Source: Pseudomonadota bacterium (lineage in GTDB: Bacteria; Bdellovibrionota_G; JALEGL01; DATDPG01). Taken from it: DNA of 64,000 nt. Shown here piece by piece: positions 20,359 to 31,162 of this stretch. Every line of letters begins with the position of its first letter. The first letter of the stretch is position 1. The translations under genes and the position numbers were made by a program. The stretch covers positions 47,250 through 111,249 of the forward strand of contig JAZDDX010000029.1 in assembly GCA_043809315.1 (NCBI GenBank), read 5' to 3'. Below the pieces are notes generated by a model. That model made no database searches, was not told the origin of the DNA, and worked only from the letters and a program-made list of their open reading frames with translations.

Positions 20359-21194
20359 GGCGGCTCTACAAAGTCCTCCTCCTCGTACTGCTCGTCGGAA
20401 TCTTTCTCGAGCTCGGTTCGATCGTTCATATTCTCTCGGGGGAGGAACATCCTCGCGGGAACATCGCGGTCGTCGACGTGAAGGGGGAGATCTCCGATTC
20501 GCGGGAGACGGTCGCTTCTCTAAAAAAGTACGTGAAAGAGGAGGATGTCAAGGCGATCGTCCTCCGGGTCGACTCGCCGGGAGGAACCGTCGGTGCCTCC
20601 CAGGAGATCCACGATCAGGTTCTCGAGACCCTAAAGAAGAAACCGATCATTATATCGATGGGGGATGTCGCCGCTTCGGGGGGGTATTACATCGCGGCGC
20701 CGGCCACGAAGATCGTCGCCAACCCCGGGACGATCACCGGATCGATCGGCGTGATCTCCCATTTCTTCGTCGTCGAGAATCTTCTCAAGAAATTCCACCT
20801 CAAGTGGGAAGTGATTCAGGGGGGGAAGATGAAAGATCTCGGATCCCCCCTGCGCAACCTCACTCCGGAAGAGAGGAAGCTCCTTCAGGTAATGACGGAC
20901 GACGTCCACGCCCAGTTCATTGAGGCGGTCGCCAAGGGAAGGAAGCTCCCGACCGAGAAGGTGAAGGCGCTTGCCGATGGCCGCGTGATGAGCGGCAGAC
21001 AGGCGAAAGCCGCCGGACTCGTCGACGATCTGGGGGGCCTCGAGCATGCGATTGACGTTGCGGCAAAACTCACCGGGGTCGCGGAACCGGACGTGATCTA
21101 TCCGAAGGAAAAACGATTGGGGTGGCTGCGGCGCTGGGTGGAGGGGAAAATGGATGCGCCAGCTCTCAAAACGGAATATCGTTTTCTCCCGTGA
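20355..21194 (+). CDS. sppA: Signal peptide peptidase SppA (S49)
   Basis: LRVDSPGG, AASGGYYIA, TGSIGV. Confidence 0.95.
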   Translation: MRRLYKVLLLVLLVGIFLELGSIVHILSGEEHPRGNIAVVDVKGEISDSRETVASLKKYVKEEDVKAIVLRVDSPGGTVGASQEIHDQVLETLKKKPIIISMGDVAASGGYYIAAPATKIVANPGTITGSIGVISHFFVVENLLKKFHLKWEVIQGGKMKDLGSPLRNLTPEERKLLQVMTDDVHAQFIEAVAKGRKLPTEKVKALADGRVMSGRQAKAAGLVDDLGGLEHAIDVAAKLTGVAEPDVIYPKEKRLGWLRRWVEGKMDAPALKTEYRFLP

Positions 21195-21682
21195 ACCTTC
21201 TCTGGGCCCCCTGGCGAATCCGTTTCATTCTGGAAGGTCTCAAGGAACCGGGGTGCGTTTTTTGTAAAGCGATCCGTTCGAACGACGACTCCAAACATCT
21301 GATCCTCCACCGCTCCGAGCATTCGTTCACGATTCTCAACAAGTATCCATATAACAGCGGGCATTTGATGGTCGTCCCGAACCGGCATACCGGGAACTTC
21401 ACCGACCTTTCGGTCGAGGAGCTGTCGGACATCCATCAGGAGATCCAGCGCGCGGTCCTGGCCTTGACCGATTCGATGCGCCCGCAGGGGTTCAATGTCG
21501 GGATGAATATCGGTGAGGCGGGGGGGGCCGGAATCCGGGACCATCTCCACTATCACGTGGTCCCCCGATGGAACGGCGACACGAATTACCTCCCTGTCTT
21601 AGGCGAAACGAAGGTCCTCCCGGAGGGGCTAGAAGAGACCTGCGCCCGCATCCTCCAGGTCTATAAGAAGACCCGCTCCTAG
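21191..21682 (+). CDS. HIT family hydrolase
   Basis: LWAPWR, CVFC, NKYPYNSGHLMV, HLHYHVVPRW. Confidence 0.93.
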   Translation: MNLLWAPWRIRFILEGLKEPGCVFCKAIRSNDDSKHLILHRSEHSFTILNKYPYNSGHLMVVPNRHTGNFTDLSVEELSDIHQEIQRAVLALTDSMRPQGFNVGMNIGEAGGAGIRDHLHYHVVPRWNGDTNYLPVLGETKVLPEGLEETCARILQVYKKTRS

Positions 21683-21802
21683 CCCCATCCGGTGGGCACC
21701 GGCGCCTCACCTTGGGCACCCCAATCTGCCGATCTTCCCACCCGTACGTTTGAACTAAATAACAATATTAGTATCTTCACGCGCAACCCCGGGCCTCCCC
21801 AA

Positions 21803-21817
21803 TGGTACGATCCTTGC
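21803..21817 (+). promoter_or_regulatory. Putative sigma54 promoter
   Basis: TGGTAC-gatcc-TTGC with an AT-rich tract upstream. Confidence 0.55.
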
Positions 21818-21946
21818 TCATATCCCCCGTGAGAGGCTACAAACCAAATGCTGTATAGCGTCACATATGGCTTGACACAAACTAACGCGACGTGTTACGT
21901 GCGCGAACGAGCTAGCAGCTTTAGGAACTCGAAAGAGGTGAAGAAC

Positions 21947-23179
21947 ATGTTCTATCGGACATCCTGGGTTTTCCTTTTAACAGCCCTCTTTGTTGGTTCG
22001 GCAACAGCCCAACCTCCCGCCGAGGTGAGCGCCCCCGCCGCCGGAACTGAAATCCAAGCGGTTCCTTCGGCGCAAGCGCCCGCCGCCGTCGCCCCGCAAC
22101 CTCAGGTCGTTCCCGTAGCCGCCCCGCAGGATCTGCCGAAACCGGCGGCCGCCCCGGAGGAAAAGAGGATCAAGGGAATGTCGTTGTCCCCCTCGCTCGG
22201 GGTTTATCCGATTGGATACGACAACGTCGGAATCCAGGGGCCGGAAGCAAGACGATATTATTTCTCCCTAGCTCCCGAACTCGCACTCGCGGCTTCGTTC
22301 AAAACGTCGACCGACAAGACGATCGACCTCTCCCTCAGTTACTCTTTCGAGTGGCGCGAGTACTACAATAAAGGGGACTCGCGACGGGACTTCACAAACG
22401 TCTTCGGCGCCTCCCTTTCCGTTCCTTTTAGCGACCGTATTTCCACGAAGTTGCCGGCTCAATTTCTCTACTTTTTCAAGACAGGGACCGATGAGGATGG
22501 GGACGCCGCGTTCGACTTCGTCAGCGAACCCCAGGTCTCGTTCAAGACGAACGATCAGCTGAGCTTCCGGCTCGGGTACTGGTTCCGCTTCACCAGCTTC
22601 CCTACGAGCCTTCTCGGGCCGGGGGATCTGATGTCTTCCCCGTTGGATCTGGACGCTATGGATCGGGGTTCTCTGTGGTCCGACGCCACCCTGGACCCCA
22701 ATTACGACACGTCTTCGTACGGCTATTTATCCGAGAGCACCGCGAACGATTTCGACCTCCAAAGGAAGTGGGAACACCTTCAAGGCGTAAGCACGGGTGT
22801 TTCTTACACCCCGATCAAGGGAACGAATCTCGGTCTTTATTATCGCTATGTCTTCCTGTCGTTTTCGAACAGCAGCGGAAGCATCGCTACCGCCCATTTC
22901 ATCACGCCGAGCGTTTCACAGGACCTCCCCTGGGCAGGCGGAACGATTTCGCTCACGAACGAATTGCGCTTGAAGAGCTGCAAGTATGCCACGATCACCG
23001 ATGGCTCGGCCCTGAAAAAGACACTGCGGAACCGCCTCGTGGTGACCGTTTCACAGGAGATCACGAAGTATCTTACATTCGACGCCTACTACCGGCTGGA
23101 GATGAACGGAAAGAACGAGACCGATTACGACCTGAGCAACTACAACCAGATCTTCGCAGGGGTGAAAATCGGCTTCTGA
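21947..23179 (+). CDS. Outer-membrane beta-barrel protein with Pro/Ala-rich N-terminus
   Basis: RBS gaggtg, signal peptide, amphipathic strands, C-terminal GVKIGF. Confidence 0.7.
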   Translation: MFYRTSWVFLLTALFVGSATAQPPAEVSAPAAGTEIQAVPSAQAPAAVAPQPQVVPVAAPQDLPKPAAAPEEKRIKGMSLSPSLGVYPIGYDNVGIQGPEARRYYFSLAPELALAASFKTSTDKTIDLSLSYSFEWREYYNKGDSRRDFTNVFGASLSVPFSDRISTKLPAQFLYFFKTGTDEDGDAAFDFVSEPQVSFKTNDQLSFRLGYWFRFTSFPTSLLGPGDLMSSPLDLDAMDRGSLWSDATLDPNYDTSSYGYLSESTANDFDLQRKWEHLQGVSTGVSYTPIKGTNLGLYYRYVFLSFSNSSGSIATAHFITPSVSQDLPWAGGTISLTNELRLKSCKYATITDGSALKKTLRNRLVVTVSQEITKYLTFDAYYRLEMNGKNETDYDLSNYNQIFAGVKIGF

Positions 23180-23197
23180 TTTCGGGAGGACGAGGAG

Positions 23198-24214
23198 ATG
23201 ACTATGAAACGAACTGGACAATACCTCATCGCAACAACGGCCCTCTTGGCTTTGATCGGCTGCGGACAGATGAGAGGGGTGCAAAAATCCGCCGCCGGGA
23301 GTCGGGTAGTCCTGAAGGACGACCTCGCTGCGGATTACGCGGATTGTTCCCGCGGCCTCTTCGACGTCGCAATCCGCCAGGATTACTTGAATCACCGCGG
23401 AAAGGTCACGGTCTGGGGAAAGGGCTTTATGACTGAAGCCCCCCTCCCGCAGGGAGTGACCGCGTCCAACGTCATGGCCGAGAAGTTGGAGCCCGGAATC
23501 CAGAAAAAAGCGGCGGCCGTTACATATGCAAAACTCGGGTCGGTGGTCAGCGTCTACTTCGGCTCCCAACCAATGAAACAAGGGGTCTCGGCACAGATGG
23601 CGGAAGGAACCCTGATGCGCTCCGCCAGTGTGGTCGATAAAACGAAGGCGGGTGCGAGCGTTCCGCCCCCTTTGGTCCTCGAAAAGAAGAAGAACCTCTA
23701 CGTCAGCGAGGAAATCCCCCTTGACGCGGATGAGGCCGCTTCGATCAAATCCATCGTTATTTCCAGCGCCAAACTCAAAGAAAAGCAGGCAATGGCGGTC
23801 AACATCCCCGAGACGGTCGACAAAGACGCCGAACTCGAAAAGGGGGTCGACGCGGTTTCCTCGGGTGGGGAGATGAAGATCAAGGTAAATGCGAATCCGA
23901 ATCCGAGCACCGGGGATTTCTTCATCGTTCAGATCCGGACGATATCCAAGAAAGGGCCGAACTGGGTCGGTTACTACCGGGTCAAGGACGAGGGACAGTC
24001 GGAACTTGCCGTACCAACGAAGGGAACCGACATGCAAAACAACGCGAGTGCCTCCCTCCCGGCGCCCAAAGAAGGTTCCGAGGACCTGGAGGTTACGGTC
24101 GCCCGCTCCCATCTCACGAAGTTCGCTACGGCTGACGGCGGAAACGTCTGTGTTCAGGCCGATGCGGCCGTAAGGACGCTCGGTTCCGTCGCCGCGGCGA
24201 AAGCCAAGGAATAA
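23198..24214 (+). CDS. Hypothetical lipoprotein
   Basis: RBS gaggag; lipobox LIGC. Confidence 0.7.
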   Translation: MTMKRTGQYLIATTALLALIGCGQMRGVQKSAAGSRVVLKDDLAADYADCSRGLFDVAIRQDYLNHRGKVTVWGKGFMTEAPLPQGVTASNVMAEKLEPGIQKKAAAVTYAKLGSVVSVYFGSQPMKQGVSAQMAEGTLMRSASVVDKTKAGASVPPPLVLEKKKNLYVSEEIPLDADEAASIKSIVISSAKLKEKQAMAVNIPETVDKDAELEKGVDAVSSGGEMKIKVNANPNPSTGDFFIVQIRTISKKGPNWVGYYRVKDEGQSELAVPTKGTDMQNNASASLPAPKEGSEDLEVTVARSHLTKFATADGGNVCVQADAAVRTLGSVAAAKAKE

Positions 24215-24335
24215 ACAGAGTTGCTCGACCAGGTTAAGCGCCACTTCGTCAATTGCCTGAATAGACTCAACTTCTGGACATCCACCCTTCCGGGGTATAA
24301 TTGGTTGGAAGGTTTTTAAGAAAGGACCATCCCTC

Positions 24336-24821
24336 ATGGTTCGCAAAGCTCTTCTCTCCGGTATCGTGTTACTTGTCTGCTCGCCGTTCGGTGCATCGGC
24401 CCTAGAAATCGAAGGAGTTCCTGTAAAAACCATCGCGTTCGAGAGAACGGGTGGAATTATGAGATCTCACGTTCAGGGGATCATCGATGTCGACTCCTGT
24501 AGTTTGGCGATCAGAAAAACCCCTGGGGATCCCCCCGTTTCGATTCTACTTTCCCCTAGTGAGATTCAATCCTTGACGCGCTTGCTTAGCGCGATTTCCT
24601 TCGAAACACCGGATCAGTCGTACATGTGTCAGCGCTGCCGGGATACGTTCCTTTACAAACTCGTGGTGAAGGACGGAGAAAAGACGTATCGCGTCAAGTG
24701 GAACGACTGGGATATGGTGCCGAAAAAGCTGGCGGATTTCGGGGCCTTATTCGAACGATTGATCTCGGACGGGTTCAAGGCGATCCGGGCTGCGGCCGAT
24801 TCCACGAAGAAAAAACTCTAG
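24336..24821 (+). CDS. Secreted protein resembling the emfourin (protealysin inhibitor) family
   Basis: Signal peptide; FERTGG...DTFLYKLVV pattern. Confidence 0.45.
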   Translation: MVRKALLSGIVLLVCSPFGASALEIEGVPVKTIAFERTGGIMRSHVQGIIDVDSCSLAIRKTPGDPPVSILLSPSEIQSLTRLLSAISFETPDQSYMCQRCRDTFLYKLVVKDGEKTYRVKWNDWDMVPKKLADFGALFERLISDGFKAIRAAADSTKKKL

Positions 24822-24833
24822 GATTTCGCCCTC

Positions 24834-24861
24834 TTGACACACTATCGGCCATCAGTATAGT
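24834..24861 (+). promoter_or_regulatory. Sigma70 promoter of yceD-rpmF
   Basis: TTGACA-16-TATAGT. Confidence 0.65.
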
Positions 24862-24875
24862 GACGCGTTTTTCGT

Positions 24876-25379
24876 ATGCGCGTGCGGATTCGGAGCATTC
24901 CTGTGAACGGCGGTCTGGACGTGAATTTCCAGATCGTTCCGTCGGTCATGGGAAAAGCAACGGCCGAAAAGGATGACCTCCCGACGGTCTTCGACCTTCC
25001 GGTCGACTGCGACCTTCATCTCGAGATGATGGGAAGCGACGTCTTCGTGACCGGGGATTCCCGGACCACGATCCACCCGCTTTGCGCGCGATGCGGCGAG
25101 CCATTTGCCCGGGAGATGAAGGTCGACACTTCGCTGACTTGTCGGCCGGAGGAGCGAAAGGTCCCCGGAACGGATAGTTATCAGGAGTCGGAGGACGGCC
25201 TGGTCTATTTCCGGCGCGATGAGTTGGACCTGGATGAGATCATCCGGGAACAGGTTCTTCTGGCGTTGCCGATGAAGTATCTGTGCGAGGAGAATTGCCG
25301 CGGCCTCTGTGCGAGCTGCGGGGCGAATTTGAATCTCGGCCCCCATGCTTGTACGGTGAAAACCGCGGTTACGAAGTGA
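24876..25379 (+). CDS. yceD: DUF177/YceD protein
   Basis: CARC, LALPMKYLCEENCRGLCASCGANLN; upstream of rpmF. Confidence 0.92.
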   Translation: MRVRIRSIPVNGGLDVNFQIVPSVMGKATAEKDDLPTVFDLPVDCDLHLEMMGSDVFVTGDSRTTIHPLCARCGEPFAREMKVDTSLTCRPEERKVPGTDSYQESEDGLVYFRRDELDLDEIIREQVLLALPMKYLCEENCRGLCASCGANLNLGPHACTVKTAVTK

Positions 25380-25389
25380 GGAGTGAACG

Positions 25390-25575
25390 ATGCCCGTACC
25401 GAAGAAAAAAGTATCGAAGTCGCGGAAAAAAATGCGCCGCGCGGAAGACCGGATGACCGTCCCCGACCATATCCGGAAATGTCCCCAGTGCGGAGAGCCG
25501 GTCCTGCAACACAGGGTCTGCACCGCGTGTGGTTTTTATCGGGGCAAAGAGGTCATCGAAATCCCGCTCGATTGA
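25390..25575 (+). CDS. rpmF: 50S ribosomal protein L32
   Basis: MPVPKKKVSKSR, CPQCG..HRVC..CG.Y. Confidence 0.97.
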   Translation: MPVPKKKVSKSRKKMRRAEDRMTVPDHIRKCPQCGEPVLQHRVCTACGFYRGKEVIEIPLD

Positions 25576-25686
25576 GCGGGTCATCCAGAACTTGACTCCC
25601 GAGCCGAAGGAAGATTTGCTCAGGAGTCGTTTCGCCCCACCGCGCCCGGTGGCGGTGTGGATCTCAGTAAAAACGGAGGTATGAAG

Positions 25687-25917
25687 ATGTCGGCAGATAA
25701 TAAAGTGAAAGAGATCATCGCGGAACAACTGAACGTCGAGATCTCGGAGTTGGAAAATTCAAAGTCTTTCATCAATGATCTCGGGGCCGATTCCCTGGAC
25801 ATCGTCGAATTGGTCATGGCGATGGAAGAGGAGTTCGACGTCGAGATTCCCGACGAGGCTGCGGAGAAGATCCAAACCGTCGGCGACGCCATCAAGTACA
25901 TTTCCGAACACAGCTGA
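25687..25917 (+). CDS. acpP: Acyl carrier protein
   Basis: [17 protein letters not shown] ggagg. Confidence 0.97.
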   Translation: MSADNKVKEIIAEQLNVEISELENSKSFINDLGADSLDIVELVMAMEEEFDVEIPDEAAEKIQTVGDAIKYISEHS

Positions 25918-25955
25918 ACGGGGTTTTGGGGGATTTGGGGCCCCCAACAAAGCGT

Positions 25956-27209
25956 ATGGGCAAAAACCGTCAACGTCGCGTGGTGGTGACCGGACTCGGG
26001 CTTGTGACGCCGCTCGGGATCGGGGTCGAAGCGAACTGGAAAGTCCTCATGGCGGGGGAATCGGGCGCCGGCCCGATCACCCGTTTCGACGCCACCGATT
26101 ACCCGGTCCGGATTGCAACCGAAGTGAAGGGGTTCAATCCGGAAGAGTGGATGGACAAAAAGATCGTCAAGCAGATGGACACTTTCATCCATTACGCCTT
26201 GGCCGCCGCCAAGATGGCGATGCAAGACTCGGGACTCGTGATCGACCCTTCAAACGCCGAGCGTGTCGGTTCCCTGGTGGGGGCCGGCCTCGGAGGACTC
26301 CCCGAGATCGAGGCAACGCACAAGGAGCTTCTCGAGAAAGGGCCGAAACGGGTCTCCCCGTTCTTCATCCCTCGCCTGATCGCCAACCTCGCTCCGGGCC
26401 AGATTTCGATCATGTTCGGAGCGAAGGGGCCGAATTCCTGCACCGTGACTGCCTGTGCGACCGGAACCCACTGCATCGGCGATGCCATGAAGATCATCGA
26501 GCGCGGCGATGCCGACGCAATGATTGCCGGCGGTACCGAGGCGACGATCACCCCTCTTTGCGTCGCGGGGTTCACCAGCATGCGAGCCCTTTCGCGCCGG
26601 AACGAAGAGCCGAAGCGTGCCAGCCGCCCATTCGACAAGGACCGGGACGGCTTCGTGGTCGGCGAGGGATCCGGCATCGTGGTCCTCGAGGAATTGGAGT
26701 TCGCGAAAAAGCGTGGAGCCCGGATCTACGCGGAAGTGACCGGCTACGGAATGTCGGGGGACGCTTATCACGTTTCCGCTCCCGCTCCGGAAGGGGATGG
26801 GGCACAGCGCTGCATGAAGGCCGCGCTCCGGGACGCGGGGTTGAACCCCACGGAGGTCGGGTATGTCAACGCCCACGGCACTTCGACCCCCTTCAACGAC
26901 GCCCTCGAAACGCTGGCGATCAAGCGAGTGTTCGGCGACCACGCGCGAAAACTCAAAATCAGTTCGACGAAGTCGATGACGGGGCATCTGCTCGGTGCGG
27001 CCGGAGGGGTCGAGGCGATTTATACCGTTCTCGCACTCCACCGGAACGTTCTCCCCCCGACGATCAACTACGAGACCCCCGATCCGGAATGCGACCTCGA
27101 TTACGTGCCGAACCAACCGCAGGAGGTGAGGGTCGAAGCGGCGATCTCGAACTCCTTCGGCTTCGGCGGCACGAACGGGACGCTCGCCTTCGGTCGGTTC
27201 CATGGTTGA
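25956..27209 (+). CDS. fabF: 3-oxoacyl-ACP synthase II
   Basis: [38 protein letters not shown]. Confidence 0.97.
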   Translation: MGKNRQRRVVVTGLGLVTPLGIGVEANWKVLMAGESGAGPITRFDATDYPVRIATEVKGFNPEEWMDKKIVKQMDTFIHYALAAAKMAMQDSGLVIDPSNAERVGSLVGAGLGGLPEIEATHKELLEKGPKRVSPFFIPRLIANLAPGQISIMFGAKGPNSCTVTACATGTHCIGDAMKIIERGDADAMIAGGTEATITPLCVAGFTSMRALSRRNEEPKRASRPFDKDRDGFVVGEGSGIVVLEELEFAKKRGARIYAEVTGYGMSGDAYHVSAPAPEGDGAQRCMKAALRDAGLNPTEVGYVNAHGTSTPFNDALETLAIKRVFGDHARKLKISSTKSMTGHLLGAAGGVEAIYTVLALHRNVLPPTINYETPDPECDLDYVPNQPQEVRVEAAISNSFGFGGTNGTLAFGRFHG

Positions 27210-27705
27210 AAGTTGGGAGCGGCAGATCCGCCGGATCGCCCTTGGAAGCGACCACGCAGCGTTCGAACTCAAGGAAGCGCTGAAAAAACACCTGCAATCC
27301 AAAGGGATCGAGGCGATCGATTGCGGCACACACACCCGCGAAACCGCCGATTACCCCGACTTCGCCGAAAAGGTGGCTTCCCTCGTCTCGACCGGCCGGG
27401 TCTCGGAAGGGATCCTGGTCTGCGGCACGGGAATCGGGATGTCGATGGTCGCCAACAAATATCCGAACGTACGGGCCGCGGTCGTCTCGACACCGTTCAC
27501 CGCCAAGTCGTCCCGCGCCCACAACGACGCCAACATCCTCTGCCTTGGTGCTCGCGTCGTCGATGAAAAGACCGCTCTCGAACTGACCGACATCTTCCTT
27601 GCCGAACCGTTCGAGGGAGGGCGCCACGCCGGCCGCGTCGAGAAGATCAAACAACTCGACAAGGGGATCGTCCCCCCCTCCAAATTGGAGAACGACAAAT
27701 GCTGA
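27202..27705 (+). CDS. rpiB: Ribose-5-phosphate isomerase B
   Basis: GSDHA, DYPD, CGTGIG, HNDANIL, GGRH. Confidence 0.96.
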   Translation: MVESWERQIRRIALGSDHAAFELKEALKKHLQSKGIEAIDCGTHTRETADYPDFAEKVASLVSTGRVSEGILVCGTGIGMSMVANKYPNVRAAVVSTPFTAKSSRAHNDANILCLGARVVDEKTALELTDIFLAEPFEGGRHAGRVEKIKQLDKGIVPPSKLENDKC

Positions 27706-28958
27706 ATCTGAACGCTTCGCTCAAGAACGCCGACCCGGAACTGTTCCGAATCATCCAAGCCGAAACCCGAAGACAGGCGGACCATCTCGAGATGATCGCC
27801 TCGGAGAACTTCGTGAGCGTCGCAGTTCTTCAAGCGATGGGCTCTTCCCTCACGAACAAATACGCGGAAGGGTATCCCGGCAAGCGCTATTACGGCGGGT
27901 GCGAGTTCGTCGATCAGTCGGAAACGCTGGCCAACGAGAGGGCGAAACAGCTGTTCGGGGCGTTCTACGCCAACAGCCAGCCTCATTCCGGATCGCAGGC
28001 GAACATGGGGGTTTATTTTTCTGTTCTAACTCCGGGGGACCGGATCCTGGCGATGAACCTCTCCCACGGTGGGCACTTAACACACGGGAGCCCAGTCAAC
28101 TTCTCCGGGAAGTTCTACGAGGTCGTCCCGTACGGCGTGAAGAAAGAGACCGGCTTGATCGACTACGACGAGGTCGAATCACTGGCGAAGGAGAAAAAGC
28201 CGAAGATGATTGTCTGCGGGGCGAGCGCCTATCCGCGTCACATCGACTTCGCTCGCTTCCGAGCAATCGCCGACTCGGTCGGGGCGTTTTTGTTGGCCGA
28301 CGTCGCCCACCCGGCGGGGCTGATCGCGGTCGGGCTTCACCCGAGCCCGGTTCCCCACTGCCATTTCGTCACCTCGACGACGCACAAGACCCTCCGAGGC
28401 CCGCGGGGAGGTCTCATCCTGGCGCAGGAAGCGGTGGCCAAGAAAGTCTCCAGCACGATCTTCCCCGGGATTCAGGGGGGACCACTCTGCCACGTGATCG
28501 CCGCGAAGGCGGTGGCGTTCGGCGAAGCGCTCCAGCCGGAGTTCAAGGCGTACGGCGAGCAGACGATCAAGAACACGAAGAAACTGGCCGAGGGGTTGGT
28601 CGCAAAAGGTTTTGACCTGATCAGCGGCGGAACCGACAACCACTTGGTTCTGGTCGATCTCCGGAACAAGAGCCTCACCGGCAAAGATGCCGAGATCGCG
28701 CTCGAAAAAGCGGGGATCACGGTGAACAAGAACATGGTTCCGTTCGACGACAAGTCCCCCTTCGTGACAAGCGGAATCCGGATCGGAACGCCGGCGATCA
28801 CGACGCGCGGAATGAAAGAAAAAGAGATGATTCTAATTTCCGACTGGATCGACCGTGTGATCCAAGCCCCGACCGACGAAACGGTGATCGCGAAAACCCG
28901 CAAGGAGATCGAAGAGCTTTGTAAGAAGTTCCCGCTTTACGCCGAGTTGCTCGGCTGA
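27699..28958 (+). CDS. glyA: Serine hydroxymethyltransferase
   Basis: [27 protein letters not shown]. Confidence 0.98.
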   Translation: MLNLNASLKNADPELFRIIQAETRRQADHLEMIASENFVSVAVLQAMGSSLTNKYAEGYPGKRYYGGCEFVDQSETLANERAKQLFGAFYANSQPHSGSQANMGVYFSVLTPGDRILAMNLSHGGHLTHGSPVNFSGKFYEVVPYGVKKETGLIDYDEVESLAKEKKPKMIVCGASAYPRHIDFARFRAIADSVGAFLLADVAHPAGLIAVGLHPSPVPHCHFVTSTTHKTLRGPRGGLILAQEAVAKKVSSTIFPGIQGGPLCHVIAAKAVAFGEALQPEFKAYGEQTIKNTKKLAEGLVAKGFDLISGGTDNHLVLVDLRNKSLTGKDAEIALEKAGITVNKNMVPFDDKSPFVTSGIRIGTPAITTRGMKEKEMILISDWIDRVIQAPTDETVIAKTRKEIEELCKKFPLYAELLG

Positions 28959-28986
28959 CATTCTTGGGGTCAATTTCCAGGAGGCG

Positions 28987-29874
28987 TTATTTCTTTTTCC
29001 GGAAGAGACCGTGGATGTAGCTCACGGTAAGTTCGGCGAAATCGTTGACCTTGCTTCGAAAACAGGTTGCATGTTTTTCGATGAGATCAACGTTTTTGAC
29101 GAAATGTTCTTCCCAATAGAAGATCCGGTCGAATCGATCGGCTTTCTGGGACCAGAGATCCCGAAACTTCCGGAGAGACCACCGGTTCACATCCGTGAAT
29201 TCCACCGGTCCCCTCCCTTTGTTCCGACAGAACTTCTGAATGACATCCTCCGGAAAAAGGTGGTGACCATATGGAACCGCGAACTTCCGCGAGCTGTGAA
29301 GTCCTTTCGCAGAATTGTACAGCGGCCCGAATTGGCAATACAGGAACCCGTAGGGGCGCAGAACGCGTGACGCCTCATCCAGGGTGAGCTCTGGCTCCGC
29401 GTAATGCTCAAGCCCGTCGAAGGAGAACACGTAGTCGAAACTGTTTTCGCGGAATTCAAGTCGAGCGACGTCCATTTTCCGTAAAGATACTCCGCGGCGG
29501 ATGATCGCCTCATCGAACTCCTCGGTCCGGAGATCGATTCCGGTCGCATTTCTTCCGATCGTCTGAAGCGCCGAACAGACCGCTCCGTTCCCGCACCCCA
29601 ACTCCAGAAAATCCCGCAACCGATTACGGTCCCACCTCCCGATCGCCTTCAGCAGCTGGGTTGCTCGAATTCTTCCCATCTCCACCCGCGTTTCAGGATC
29701 GATCGTCGCGCTCTTTTTCGGAGGATACCGGGCATCCAGCTCTTCAATTAGATTCGGATCCAACCATTCGGGTGAAGTCCCCGCCCTCCTGAACGTTCTT
29801 TGGGCCCGATTCGATCGAACCCACTGTCGGGTCTTTTCCCATCGTGCGCGGAGGCGATGACAATACGAGAACAT
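28987..29874 (-). CDS. Class I SAM-dependent methyltransferase (start uncertain)
   Basis: LELGCGNG, FDYVFS...LEH, RVLRPYG. Confidence 0.85.
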   Translation of the reverse strand: MFSYCHRLRARWEKTRQWVRSNRAQRTFRRAGTSPEWLDPNLIEELDARYPPKKSATIDPETRVEMGRIRATQLLKAIGRWDRNRLRDFLELGCGNGAVCSALQTIGRNATGIDLRTEEFDEAIIRRGVSLRKMDVARLEFRENSFDYVFSFDGLEHYAEPELTLDEASRVLRPYGFLYCQFGPLYNSAKGLHSSRKFAVPYGHHLFPEDVIQKFCRNKGRGPVEFTDVNRWSLRKFRDLWSQKADRFDRIFYWEEHFVKNVDLIEKHATCFRSKVNDFAELTVSYIHGLFRKKK

Positions 29875-29958
29875 CAAGCATGAAATATGTATCAAATACG
29901 AGTTGAACCTGGCACTAAAACTCTCCAGGAGATGTCGCTCTTTCGTTCCGAGAAATCC

Positions 29959-31065
29959 ATGAACCACAAAGGCTCTTACACGTTTTTCGTCACGAATATG
30001 GGCGGGGGAGGCACGGAACGGACGATTTCAAATCTCCTTCGCGGATTCTCATCCGATGAATGTGCCGTCGATCTCGTTTTGCTTCAGGCAACAGGCCCGT
30101 ACCTTGACGATCTTCCACCGAACGTATCGGTCTTCACACTGAACCGACGATCCCGTCTTTTCGCTCTCCTGCCTTTGGTGAAGTATTTCAGAAAACGTCG
30201 CCCCTCTTTCTTCATTTCTTTTTTCACACGGAACAACCTTCTCGCCATTGTGGCACGGAGGATCGCCCGCGTCCCGAGCCGACTGATCGTGAACGAACGA
30301 CAAAATCTCAAAGGCTGGCTCGCCCAAGAACCGTTCTGGCGACGGCTTCATTATCGTTTACTAATTCGCTTGCTCTATCCCCGTGCCGATCGACTCTTCA
30401 CGAACTCCAGAGGAGTCGCGGAAGATCTGGCCCGCTTCCTACCGGAACTCTCCAGCAAGATCCGGTTCGTCCCGAACGGTGTTCTGACGCCCGATTTCCA
30501 AGAAAAAACCGCCGAGCCGATCCCACGTTCGGATCTTTTTCGGAACGATCGACCTGTCATCCTCGCCGTCGGACGGCTCTACGGCATAAAAGACTTCCCC
30601 ACGATGATCCACGCCTTTGCAAGAATTCGGAGGGAGCAGACAGCCACACTCGTCATCCTGGGTGACGGACCCCGACGACGCGAACTCGAAGAACTCGTCC
30701 GAAATCTCCGCTTGGAGAACGACGTTTGTTTTCTTGGATTCGTTCGAAATCCTTTCAACTACATGGCGCGCGCCCGACTGGTTGTCATTTCGTCTTTGAT
30801 TGAGGCCAGCCCAAACGTCTTGATCGAGGCTCTGGCATGCGGCACCCCCGTCGTCTCGACCGATTGTGACTACGGGCCTCGCGAGTTGCTGAAAGATCGC
30901 CGGTTCGGCACGCTCGTCCCGGTTCGAGATCACAGGACGTTAGCCCAGGCAATTCTCGAGCGTCTTCGGGCGGCTCCAGAGCGCGTCGACGCCGGAGATG
31001 CGTTGCGATGTTATGGGTTTGAAGAGGCCACGAAACGGTTCCGGGAAGCCCTTCTGGAAGCATGA
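29959..31065 (+). CDS. GT4 glycosyltransferase (PglJ/WabH-like)
   Basis: GGGTER, VGRL..KDF, NVLIEALACGTPVVSTDC.GPRE. Confidence 0.92.
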   Translation: MNHKGSYTFFVTNMGGGGTERTISNLLRGFSSDECAVDLVLLQATGPYLDDLPPNVSVFTLNRRSRLFALLPLVKYFRKRRPSFFISFFTRNNLLAIVARRIARVPSRLIVNERQNLKGWLAQEPFWRRLHYRLLIRLLYPRADRLFTNSRGVAEDLARFLPELSSKIRFVPNGVLTPDFQEKTAEPIPRSDLFRNDRPVILAVGRLYGIKDFPTMIHAFARIRREQTATLVILGDGPRRRELEELVRNLRLENDVCFLGFVRNPFNYMARARLVVISSLIEASPNVLIEALACGTPVVSTDCDYGPRELLKDRRFGTLVPVRDHRTLAQAILERLRAAPERVDAGDALRCYGFEEATKRFREALLEA

Positions 31066-31162
31066 CTCCCGACGACGTGCTGAGGCGCCTTGAACTTCGG
31101 CATCTTCGGTGATAGACGTCTAAAATCAGCCCCAGGAAAGCTCTTCCGGGAGAGGGAGTTTT

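Noticed and set aside
25926-25947. ttggggg...cccccaa hairpin between acpP and fabF
   Set aside because: Single copy in the window; most simply an attenuator or stability hairpin
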